Part shown: in pieces, positions 20,104 through 27,687 of the stretch
How the letters are laid out: each line of letters begins with the position of its first letter
How positions within the stretch are numbered: position 1 is the first letter of the stretch
From: Oscillospiraceae bacterium
GTDB lineage: Bacteria > Bacillota > Clostridia > Oscillospirales > Ruminococcaceae
Length of the DNA: 64,000 bases
Assembly: GCA_029005335.1 (NCBI GenBank)
Contig: JAQXFT010000022.1
Location: 21,438 to 85,437 of the forward strand
Direction of reading: 5' to 3'
The notes under the pieces: model-generated
Told to the model about the DNA's origin: nothing
Database searches by the model: none
The model's input: only the letters and a program-made list of their open reading frames with translations
Translations under genes and position numbers: made by a program

Positions 20104-20665
20104 ATGAAAAAACTCAGAAAACTTATTTGTCAATTTCCCGTATGAGCTTTATTCTGATGTTCTTCATATGAATTTCAATGAAGATTATTACAATATGCAT
20201 GCCTACTGTGTTGGCTGGAGCGGAAACTATTCTTCAGAGGTCGTCCGGATAGATTATTCTGAAAATATGGCTAATATTCACATAAGGGGTATTTCCTCCG
20301 GCATAGCTGAATTTAATGTTTCCGATGAAAACGGATATTCAGAAAACTTTACCGTTCAGGTAGTTCCGCAGAGATATACTTTTCCGCAGGATACATCAAC
20401 TACAACAAGCATCTCCGGACAGCCTGCAACATCCGTCGTAACTAATAATGATATACCGATTTTTTACGGTGATGTGAATTGTGACGGGTATATAGATATT
20501 GCCGATGTTGTTACAGTTTCGGCTTATGTAGCTGACCCTGAACAGAATTATCTGGGTAGTCCTGAAATAATCAGCGGAGATGTTCATAATAAAGGTGACG
20601 GTATTACATCAGGAGATGTACTCATGATTCAGCAGTTCCTTGCAGGAATAATCACGAGCTTATAA
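20104..20665 (+). pseudogene. Disrupted dockerin-bearing secreted protein
   Basis: AAGGAGG plus ATG 20104 gives MKKLRKLI (signal n-region) that stops after 13 codons; the +1 frame carries a Thr-rich linker and a duplicated Ca-loop dockerin (YGDVNCDGYIDIADVV..GDVHNKGDGITSGDVLMIQQFL); ATG 20168 has no RBS. Confidence 0.7.
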
Positions 20666-20748
20666 TTTTGTTGATTATGAGAAATCTTTTTTCAGAAGCT
20701 TTTCAATTATATTTCACTGGCTCTTCACATAGCACGTTTATAATATAG

Positions 20749-20880
20749 ACAAGTTCAGGGAATGCAAGCTACCTGAACAGGTTTTCATTATAAGGTTAAG
20801 CGTTTACCCCGACACTTAACCGTAAAATCCCCAATAATCCCTATATCATGGCAAGGAGGCTCTGAAAAGAGCCTTTTTGC
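20749..20880 (+). ncRNA. Candidate small RNA (about 130 nt, three hairpins)
   Basis: TATAAT 20739-20744; stems GTTCAGG/CCTGAAC, GGTTAAG/CTTAACC and terminator AGGCTCT-GAAA-AGAGCCT plus T4; no meaningful ORF. Confidence 0.5.
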
Positions 20881-20904
20881 TTTTTATTTTTACAGAAATC
20901 CGCA

Positions 20905-20938
20905 AAAAAAATAAAGGGCGGTTTATTTTCCGCCCGTA
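20905..20938 (-). terminator. htrA terminator
   Basis: Minus strand GGGCGG-aaaataaa-CCGCCC followed by TTTATTTTTTT. Confidence 0.7.
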
Positions 20939-20942
20939 ATTA

Positions 20943-22307
20943 TTATTCTTTATCAGGAGTTACTTCCTGAAGTACAAGTGATATTTCAATGTCCTCACTT
21001 TCGCCCTGACGGCTTATTGTAAGTTTAATTTCGTCACCGGCTTTATACTTGTTTTTGATTTCGTTAAGCTCATTGAGATTTTCAACAGGTTCTCCCTGAA
21101 TACCTATTATTACGTCGCCTTCTTTTATTCCGGCAAATTCAGCGGAGCTTCCCTCGCTTACGCTTACCACATATACTCCGACCGGAATACCATAGAATCT
21201 GGAAATAGTATCAGATACGTTCTGAGTCTGTATTCCTATCTGCGGACGGCCTGTGACATATCCGTAATTTATAAGGTCATCTATAATTATTTTGGCTTCT
21301 GAAATCGGAATTGCAAATCCAAGACCTTCAATACTTGCTGAGCCATAGCTTGATGATATTTTAGATGAATTTATACCTATTACCTGACCGCAGCTGTTAA
21401 GGAGAGGGCCTCCTGAGTTTCCGGAGTTTATTGCTGCATCGGTCTGTATAAGCTTCATCTGCTTTTCATTTACGGTAATTTCACGGTCTATTGCTGATAT
21501 TATACCGCTTGTTACAGAGCCGAAAAGCTCGAATCCGAGGGGATTTCCTATAGCTATGACAAGCTCTCCGACCTTCAGGTCATTGCTGTCGCCGAATTCA
21601 GCAGCTTTAAGGTTTTTTGCATCGATTTTAAGGACGGCTATATCAGTTTCGACATCACGTCCCATCACCTTTGCTTCATATTCTGTTTCATCTGAAAGTA
21701 CAACGCTTACGCTTTTGGCATCACCGCAGTTATATTCACTTGTATCATATACTACATGGGCATTTGTTATAATATATCCGTCATCAGTCATTATGATTCC
21801 TGTACCTGTACCCTTTATTTCCCTTGTCTGATTCGAGGGAGTACCGAATCCCCAGATATCAATAGACTGCTGGGTATATTCAAACGTTGCAGAAACCCCC
21901 ACAACTGACGGCATTGAATTTTCGACTATATCCGGAACTGAAATTGCATTTTTTCTTGATGCAAGGTCAATAAGGCTCGGAAGCTGTTCTGATTCCGAAG
22001 AAGTTGGATTTGTATTTCCGACAGCGTTTATGGATTCTGATTCTTCGGATTCTTCTGAATTTTCGGATTCCTCAGATGAATCATTTTCTATTGTGGAAAT
22101 TTTCGGATTCTTTTCTGTATATTTGTATACCTGTACTGAACCTGCACCTACTATGACAAGTGAAAGTATAAATGCGACAGCTTTAAGGAAACTTCTTTTT
22201 TTATGAGGCTTTTCAGTATTTTCAGTATCTGAGGAATATGAATATGAATTTTCCGGAGCATTATAAATATCTTTGTTTTCGTTCTCATTATTGTTATTAT
22301 ATATCAT
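20943..22307 (-). CDS. htrA: HtrA/DegP membrane serine protease with a PDZ domain
   Basis: One TM, acidic linker, TNAHVV, DIAVLK, IQTDAAINSGNSGGPL, C-terminal PDZ. Confidence 0.93.
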   Translation of the reverse strand: MIYNNNNENENKDIYNAPENSYSYSSDTENTEKPHKKRSFLKAVAFILSLVIVGAGSVQVYKYTEKNPKISTIENDSSEESENSEESEESESINAVGNTNPTSSESEQLPSLIDLASRKNAISVPDIVENSMPSVVGVSATFEYTQQSIDIWGFGTPSNQTREIKGTGTGIIMTDDGYIITNAHVVYDTSEYNCGDAKSVSVVLSDETEYEAKVMGRDVETDIAVLKIDAKNLKAAEFGDSNDLKVGELVIAIGNPLGFELFGSVTSGIISAIDREITVNEKQMKLIQTDAAINSGNSGGPLLNSCGQVIGINSSKISSSYGSASIEGLGFAIPISEAKIIIDDLINYGYVTGRPQIGIQTQNVSDTISRFYGIPVGVYVVSVSEGSSAEFAGIKEGDVIIGIQGEPVENLNELNEIKNKYKAGDEIKLTISRQGESEDIEISLVLQEVTPDKE

Positions 22308-22435
22308 AACAAGCACATCCTTTCTGAAAAATTTTTTTAGGATTCTATACTTATAATTATAAGCATTAATGTGATAATATTATGATAGTATACAGAAAAA
22401 CAAGTGTTTTAATATGATTTTTTATGCTATAACAG

Positions 22436-22458
22436 CAGGGCGACCAATGGTCGCCCTG
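22436..22458. repeat. REP-like palindrome after the DUF4340 stop codon
   Basis: CAGGGCGACC-AAT-GGTCGCCCTG, perfect 10-bp arms. Confidence 0.75.
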
Positions 22459-22463
22459 TAATT

Positions 22464-23843
22464 TTAAAGTTTTGATTCTTCTATAGCGTTCAGAAGCTTT
22501 CTGTACCAGTACATAAATGAGTAGTCGCCGTCCGTATCGGACTTGCTTATTATGAAGCCGGTATATGTATCATTGATTTTCAGCCAGTAGGAGCTTTCAT
22601 CTCTCGGGATAAATTCCATTATAGTGTTAATGTCTTCGTCAAGATGATATTCAACTGTAATTTCCGGTTCGCCTGATACTTCGGCATCTTTTTCGATACC
22701 GGAGAAGCCTGTATTTGAGAGGGCGTTATACATTGTATAAAGATTATTGAGGACGTCCTCTCCGTAATCTGAAATATCCTCGCCATTCAGAATATATTTT
22801 GAGTTGTCGGAATCAAGCTCAAAGTGAATTTCTTCTCCGCAGTAATTTATATCGAGTGTATTTACGGTTGACATATATGTTGAGTAGATATTATTTACAA
22901 CGACATCAAGAATAGTGTTTTCAATATAGTAAACATCAGTCGTATAGTATTTTGAGACCTGTCCGGATTCCTCTATGAGAATGTAGATATAGCTGGGGTC
23001 ATCGCCGTATTTGCTGAAAAGCAGTGAATGAGTTTTGCCGTCAGTTCCGTAAAGCTTCATCTGAGCATATGGCTCATCAAATCCGTATTTTGAGTAGTCC
23101 TTCAAATCAGATTCTATAAATTCCTCAGCTTTAAGACGTGTAAGCACGCTTATCATTGAGCTTATTTTTGTACTGTCAAGCTGAAGATAGGAGTATTCTC
23201 CGTCCAGCTTCCATATATTGTCGGAGTTGAGAACAGTTTTATAAATACTTTCGCCGTCTCTTATGAGTTCAAAGCCGGTAATTTCGCTGTCGGAATAGCC
23301 TGTGAGATATTTTGTCCTGAGCAATTCCTTATTTACATAGAGTACGCTTCCGTATGAATAGTCTATACTGTATATCTTGTCTTTACCCTCAGCCATACAG
23401 TAAAAAGCTTCATTTGTCGGAGTTGGATTGCCCATATATATTGTATAGTCTTTATCTGCGGTATGGCAGGTAATTGTTATAGGGGAATCAAGTCCGTATT
23501 TTGAAAGGTCAGCGTCCTCAGCCTTTCCGAAATTCTTTTCAGCGGAAAGGTCACTCATATATGAAACTACGTTTATTATGTAATCCTGATTCGGGGAGAT
23601 TTCATCAGTATTGCTGAACTGCCAGCTTCCGTTATTCAGAACTGCCAGAAATTTACCGTCGGGGCAGTCAAAATCTACTCCTGTCACGTCGTCCGAATTA
23701 AATCTGAACAGTACGTTTTCATTTTCAATCTCAGCTTCGATACGCTGTTTTTCGTCCTGATTGCTTTTTACCGCAAAGTATGCTCCCAGAGAGCCTCCTC
23801 CGAGTACAGCAAGTACTGCTATAGCGATAATAATTTTTTTCAT
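22464..23843 (-). CDS. DUF4340-domain extracellular protein
   Basis: N-terminal anchor; repeated LSKYGLDSP / YSKYGFDEP motifs, MGNPTP. Confidence 0.75.
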   Translation of the reverse strand: MKKIIIAIAVLAVLGGGSLGAYFAVKSNQDEKQRIEAEIENENVLFRFNSDDVTGVDFDCPDGKFLAVLNNGSWQFSNTDEISPNQDYIINVVSYMSDLSAEKNFGKAEDADLSKYGLDSPITITCHTADKDYTIYMGNPTPTNEAFYCMAEGKDKIYSIDYSYGSVLYVNKELLRTKYLTGYSDSEITGFELIRDGESIYKTVLNSDNIWKLDGEYSYLQLDSTKISSMISVLTRLKAEEFIESDLKDYSKYGFDEPYAQMKLYGTDGKTHSLLFSKYGDDPSYIYILIEESGQVSKYYTTDVYYIENTILDVVVNNIYSTYMSTVNTLDINYCGEEIHFELDSDNSKYILNGEDISDYGEDVLNNLYTMYNALSNTGFSGIEKDAEVSGEPEITVEYHLDEDINTIMEFIPRDESSYWLKINDTYTGFIISKSDTDGDYSFMYWYRKLLNAIEESKL

Positions 23844-25321
23844 TATGAATTTCTCCTTTTAAGCCATACGCCTGCACCGCATACTACAAATACAATCGGT
23901 ATTGCAATCATAATCGCCATGACGCTTTTAGCCTGATTTGCATCATCAAATACCATGTTGTCAAAGGAGCGTGTCTTGTCCTCTATTTCCATATCGACAT
24001 CGCTGTCATACATCCATGTTATAGACGAAAGACAGAGATAGAGGGGAATTATTGTGAAGCCTGCTGATACGTGTTCATCGTCCATAAATTCAGCATTGCC
24101 CATTACAATCATTTTTGAATCGTTCTGTGTGTTATGTGCATAGTATGCAAGGTCAAGAGTATTTCCGAGTTCGACCTTTTCAGTACCGCCATAGGGTTCG
24201 CTTTTAATAGTAGCTGAGGTATTCTGTACGGAATATACATCAGCCTGAAGAAGACTTCCTGTCTGAACTATCATTGAATCAGGGCCTGTTACTGTTTTAA
24301 AGGTTCTGGATTCGCACATATATGGATAAATTCCCTGTTCTATGATAGTATTGAGGTCTGTAGTGAGGTCAACATCGCTGTTTTCAGCAGTCTCCGGAAG
24401 TGATACGGCTATTGTATATTTATCGTTGTTTACTATTTTATTTTTATCGGATTCATAAAGTCTGTTGTAATCCATTGCGAGATTATACCTGAACATCAAA
24501 TCCTCTATGTTGGTATATCTTTCGGTGCTGGAATCGGGGGACATCAGAAATGCGAGATTTCCGCCGTTTTCGGTATATTCTGATATGAGCTTTTTTTCTT
24601 CGAGAGTAATATCATGCTGAGGAGCGCATACAAATATAATTGCAGCGTCATCAGGAACAGCTTTTGTTTCTGAGAGATTAAGCTCTGATGTAGTATAGTT
24701 GTAGTTATTCAGATTGGCTGTAAAAAGGCTGTAGTCCTCTATGGATTTTTCGCCGTGACCTGTAAGGAAATAAATCTGGGGTATATCGCCCTCGGTAACA
24801 GCTTTTATAGCACCTGTTATAAGATTTTCACCGACATATTTCTGTTCAACGATATTTCCGTTGTCGTCATATATATCGGAAAACATCTGGTTTGATGAGA
24901 TTTTCCTGATTGAGTTTCCGCATCTTATTACTATATCCGCTGTTGTGAGATTGAAGAATCCGTCCGGATTAAGCTCTTCAACACGTTCCGGATATTCGTC
25001 AGGATAGTATGCGTTGAAATCTATATTTTCGTATGATTTATATTGTTCAAGGGCATAATAAAGCGGAAGATATTCATCAATTTCCTTTATGTCATCAAGC
25101 TCGCAGAGTATAGTAAATTCGATTTCCTTATCTCTGACGCTGTCAAGAAGCTTTACTGAGGTATCACTTAAAGTATACATCTTGCTGGGTGTCATATCGA
25201 TATTGAAGTCAAAATATGATACAATAAGGTTTATCGGGATTGCTATGACAAGAATCAGGATTGCAAGCACAAGAGCAAGAATCCCTGAAAAATTAAATGT
25301 TTTGTTATTTTTGCTGTTCAT
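23843..25321 (-). CDS. GldG-like ABC transporter auxiliary protein
   Basis: DMTPSKMYTLS, IYFLTGHGE, APQHDIT, VMGNAEF; N- and C-terminal TMs. Confidence 0.8.
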   Translation of the reverse strand: MNSKNNKTFNFSGILALVLAILILVIAIPINLIVSYFDFNIDMTPSKMYTLSDTSVKLLDSVRDKEIEFTILCELDDIKEIDEYLPLYYALEQYKSYENIDFNAYYPDEYPERVEELNPDGFFNLTTADIVIRCGNSIRKISSNQMFSDIYDDNGNIVEQKYVGENLITGAIKAVTEGDIPQIYFLTGHGEKSIEDYSLFTANLNNYNYTTSELNLSETKAVPDDAAIIFVCAPQHDITLEEKKLISEYTENGGNLAFLMSPDSSTERYTNIEDLMFRYNLAMDYNRLYESDKNKIVNNDKYTIAVSLPETAENSDVDLTTDLNTIIEQGIYPYMCESRTFKTVTGPDSMIVQTGSLLQADVYSVQNTSATIKSEPYGGTEKVELGNTLDLAYYAHNTQNDSKMIVMGNAEFMDDEHVSAGFTIIPLYLCLSSITWMYDSDVDMEIEDKTRSFDNMVFDDANQAKSVMAIMIAIPIVFVVCGAGVWLKRRNS

Positions 25322-25327
25322 TTCATA

Positions 25328-26059
25328 TTATCCTTTCTTCCAGCGTCTTGCTTCGAGTGAAATAACAGTCCATGCCACAAATACTAATATTACGGTTATG
25401 AAGAATATTATATCTGAGAATCTTATGATTCCCTGTGCAAAGTAATTGAATTTGTCTTCAGCGGCAAACATCATTACAAATGACTGGAGCTTCGGGTGTG
25501 CTGAAAAATATTCACTTGTTACGAAGTAGTTTATAAATGTAAGAAGAAGCATTGCGGCTTCACCGATTACGGCTGCTATGATTGAATTTTCTGAGAATGA
25601 TGCACAGAACATTCCTATTGCTATACACATCACTCCCCACAGAAAAAATCCGATATATACAGAAATAAGGGCAGGAATTATAACTGTTCCGTATATTCCG
25701 GTTATAATCGGATATATAAGCGAAGCTGTCATCATAAAAAGAAATACGGTTACGATTGCGAGAAATTTTGCCGTCACGAACTGGAAAACGTTTACCGGAG
25801 AGGTCATTATAAGAACTTCTGTTCCGAATTTTCTCTCATCGGGAAAGCATCTCATAGTAAGCACGGGGACGATAAATGCAAAGTAGAAGAGATTTGTTGC
25901 GAATATGTCAGCAAATGTAAACTGCATTTTAGCTGTATTTATATCGGAAATTCCACGGTTCAGAGAAAGAGTAAAAAGAAACATGAATAATGCGGTAATT
26001 ATGTAGGCAAACGGTGTTTTGAAAAAGGAATGCAGTTCTTTTTTGTATATCGGAAACAT
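25328..26059 (-). CDS. ABC-2 type permease (GldF-like)
   Basis: IYKKELHSFFKTPFAY, LTMRCFPDERKFGT, AKFLA; six TMs. Confidence 0.88.
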   Translation of the reverse strand: MFPIYKKELHSFFKTPFAYIITALFMFLFTLSLNRGISDINTAKMQFTFADIFATNLFYFAFIVPVLTMRCFPDERKFGTEVLIMTSPVNVFQFVTAKFLAIVTVFLFMMTASLIYPIITGIYGTVIIPALISVYIGFFLWGVMCIAIGMFCASFSENSIIAAVIGEAAMLLLTFINYFVTSEYFSAHPKLQSFVMMFAAEDKFNYFAQGIIRFSDIIFFITVILVFVAWTVISLEARRWKKG

Positions 26060-26061
26060 TT

Positions 26062-27090
26062 TTAATTATCCTCCTTGTTTTTATCGGAATTTTCGGGGTC
26101 GGGAGTGTTAGCCTGCATTTCCTCAACCATATCCTTTAAGGTATTACGCTTTGCCGGCTTGTTTACAAGCTTTACAAAGGCTTCTTCCAAATCGGGTTTT
26201 TCGGCATATATTTCGGCAATCTGAATATTCTTTGCAATCAGTGCAGAGATTACATCATTCTGCACCTTATCGGTATCCTTGCCGATAATTGAAAATCTTA
26301 CTGATGCAATACCGTCTGACTCGGATTTTTCAATAATTTTATCAACTCCGTCAACAGCTCCTATAACTACGTCGGCAGTATATGCCGATGTTTTTGCCCT
26401 GACGTTTATTATACGTGTTGTATTAACGCTGTTTTCGAGATTTTCAATAGTATCTATAGCCTTGATTTCGCCCTTGTTGATAATTACAACACGGTCACAG
26501 ACAGCACTGACTTCCGAGAGGATATGTGAGCTGAAAATTACGGAGTGTTCTTTTTTCAGGTCTTTGATGATTTTACGGACTTCCGCTACCTGTTCGGGGT
26601 CGAGACCTACAGTAGGCTCATCGAGAATAAGGAATTTCGGGTTGCCGAGAAGTGCCTGAGCAAATCCTACTCTCTGTCTGTAGCCTTTTGAGAGATTTTT
26701 AATAAGTCGCTTTGAAACGTCCTGAAGCTTGAGGCATTCTATTGCGGAATCAATCTGTTCTTTACGCAATGATGCCGGAATTTTTTTAAGCTCCGCACAG
26801 AATTTAAGATACTCATTTACTTTCATATCAGGGTATACCGGAGGAATTTCAGGGAGATATCCGATATTTTTCTTAGCCTGTACGGGATTTCTGGAAATAT
26901 CTTCTCCGCAGATATTTACAGTACCTCTGGTCATGGGGAGATAGCCGGTAATCATATTCATAGTGGTGGATTTTCCTGCACCGTTAGGCCCCAGAAATCC
27001 AAGAATCTCATTGTCGTTTATTGTGAAGCTTATGTCGTTTACAGCAAGGTGTCTGCCGTAGTATTTTGTAAGATGTTCAACAGTAATCAT
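26062..27090 (-). CDS. ABC transporter ATP-binding protein (GldA-like)
   Basis: GPNGAGKST, LSKGYRQR, LDEPTVGLD, SSHILSEV. Confidence 0.93.
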   Translation of the reverse strand: MITVEHLTKYYGRHLAVNDISFTINDNEILGFLGPNGAGKSTTMNMITGYLPMTRGTVNICGEDISRNPVQAKKNIGYLPEIPPVYPDMKVNEYLKFCAELKKIPASLRKEQIDSAIECLKLQDVSKRLIKNLSKGYRQRVGFAQALLGNPKFLILDEPTVGLDPEQVAEVRKIIKDLKKEHSVIFSSHILSEVSAVCDRVVIINKGEIKAIDTIENLENSVNTTRIINVRAKTSAYTADVVIGAVDGVDKIIEKSESDGIASVRFSIIGKDTDKVQNDVISALIAKNIQIAEIYAEKPDLEEAFVKLVNKPAKRNTLKDMVEEMQANTPDPENSDKNKEDN

Positions 27091-27162
27091 GAGATGCTCC
27101 TTTCAAGAAAAATAATATTAAAAATAAGCATACTTCTATTTATTGTGACATATAATTATTAT

Positions 27163-27215
27163 CGTAATATGAACAAAATATTAATGAAATGTTAATAAAA
27201 ATCCTGAAATGTTAA
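27163..27215 (-). promoter_or_regulatory. Direct-repeat array over the ABC operon promoter
   Basis: TGAAATGTTAA exact at 27185-27195 and 27205-27215, with imperfect 11-bp-period copies at 27174 and 27163. Confidence 0.5.
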
Positions 27216-27505
27216 AATGCAATGCTATATATAATGTATACGGAATTTTTCCGTATAAAAAAAGTCCGGAACAAGCATTATAAATATAAATCAACAGTGT
27301 GTATATTATGTGAAAGCGTACTGATTATTAAATGAATTTGATATATGCAACAGATAAGTTATAATATATTATAAATTTACAGCAAAGTAATAATCTTCCG
27401 GCTTCGCCTTTTGCTTACCTATGTGAAATGTATACAAAATTTTCATAAGCTTTGTGTGCATTGCAACAAAAAAATCTCTGATTCGGATTGTTTTTTATCA
27501 AAGTG

Positions 27506-27534
27506 TTGACAATATCCCTGACTTATATTATAAT
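27506..27534 (+). promoter_or_regulatory. Consensus sigma-A promoter of cel48
   Basis: TTGACA(27506-27511), 17 nt spacer, TATAAT(27529-27534). Confidence 0.85.
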
Positions 27535-27687
27535 TATATCGGAACAAGTTCAGGGGTTATGTTATGTAACCACTGATTTATTTCTTGCCGATTGCCTGCC
27601 TGCATACTTAAAAAATTATGGTCGGATTTTTGTGCAGTCAGGTTTAATGTATTTATTTTATTATTTTAATGAGAGGGGTAATTTCCT

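Noticed and set aside
20107-20112. Programmed ribosomal frameshift rescuing the dockerin gene
   Set aside because: No X-XXY-YYZ slippery heptamer in the starting frame, the needed shift is +1, and the product would lack a signal peptide core
27380-27425. Possible c-di-GMP riboswitch upstream of cel48 (GCAAAG..CTTCCGGC)
   Set aside because: Lacks the GGCAAAC-GAAA-GGGACGCAAAGC architecture and lies upstream of the promoter
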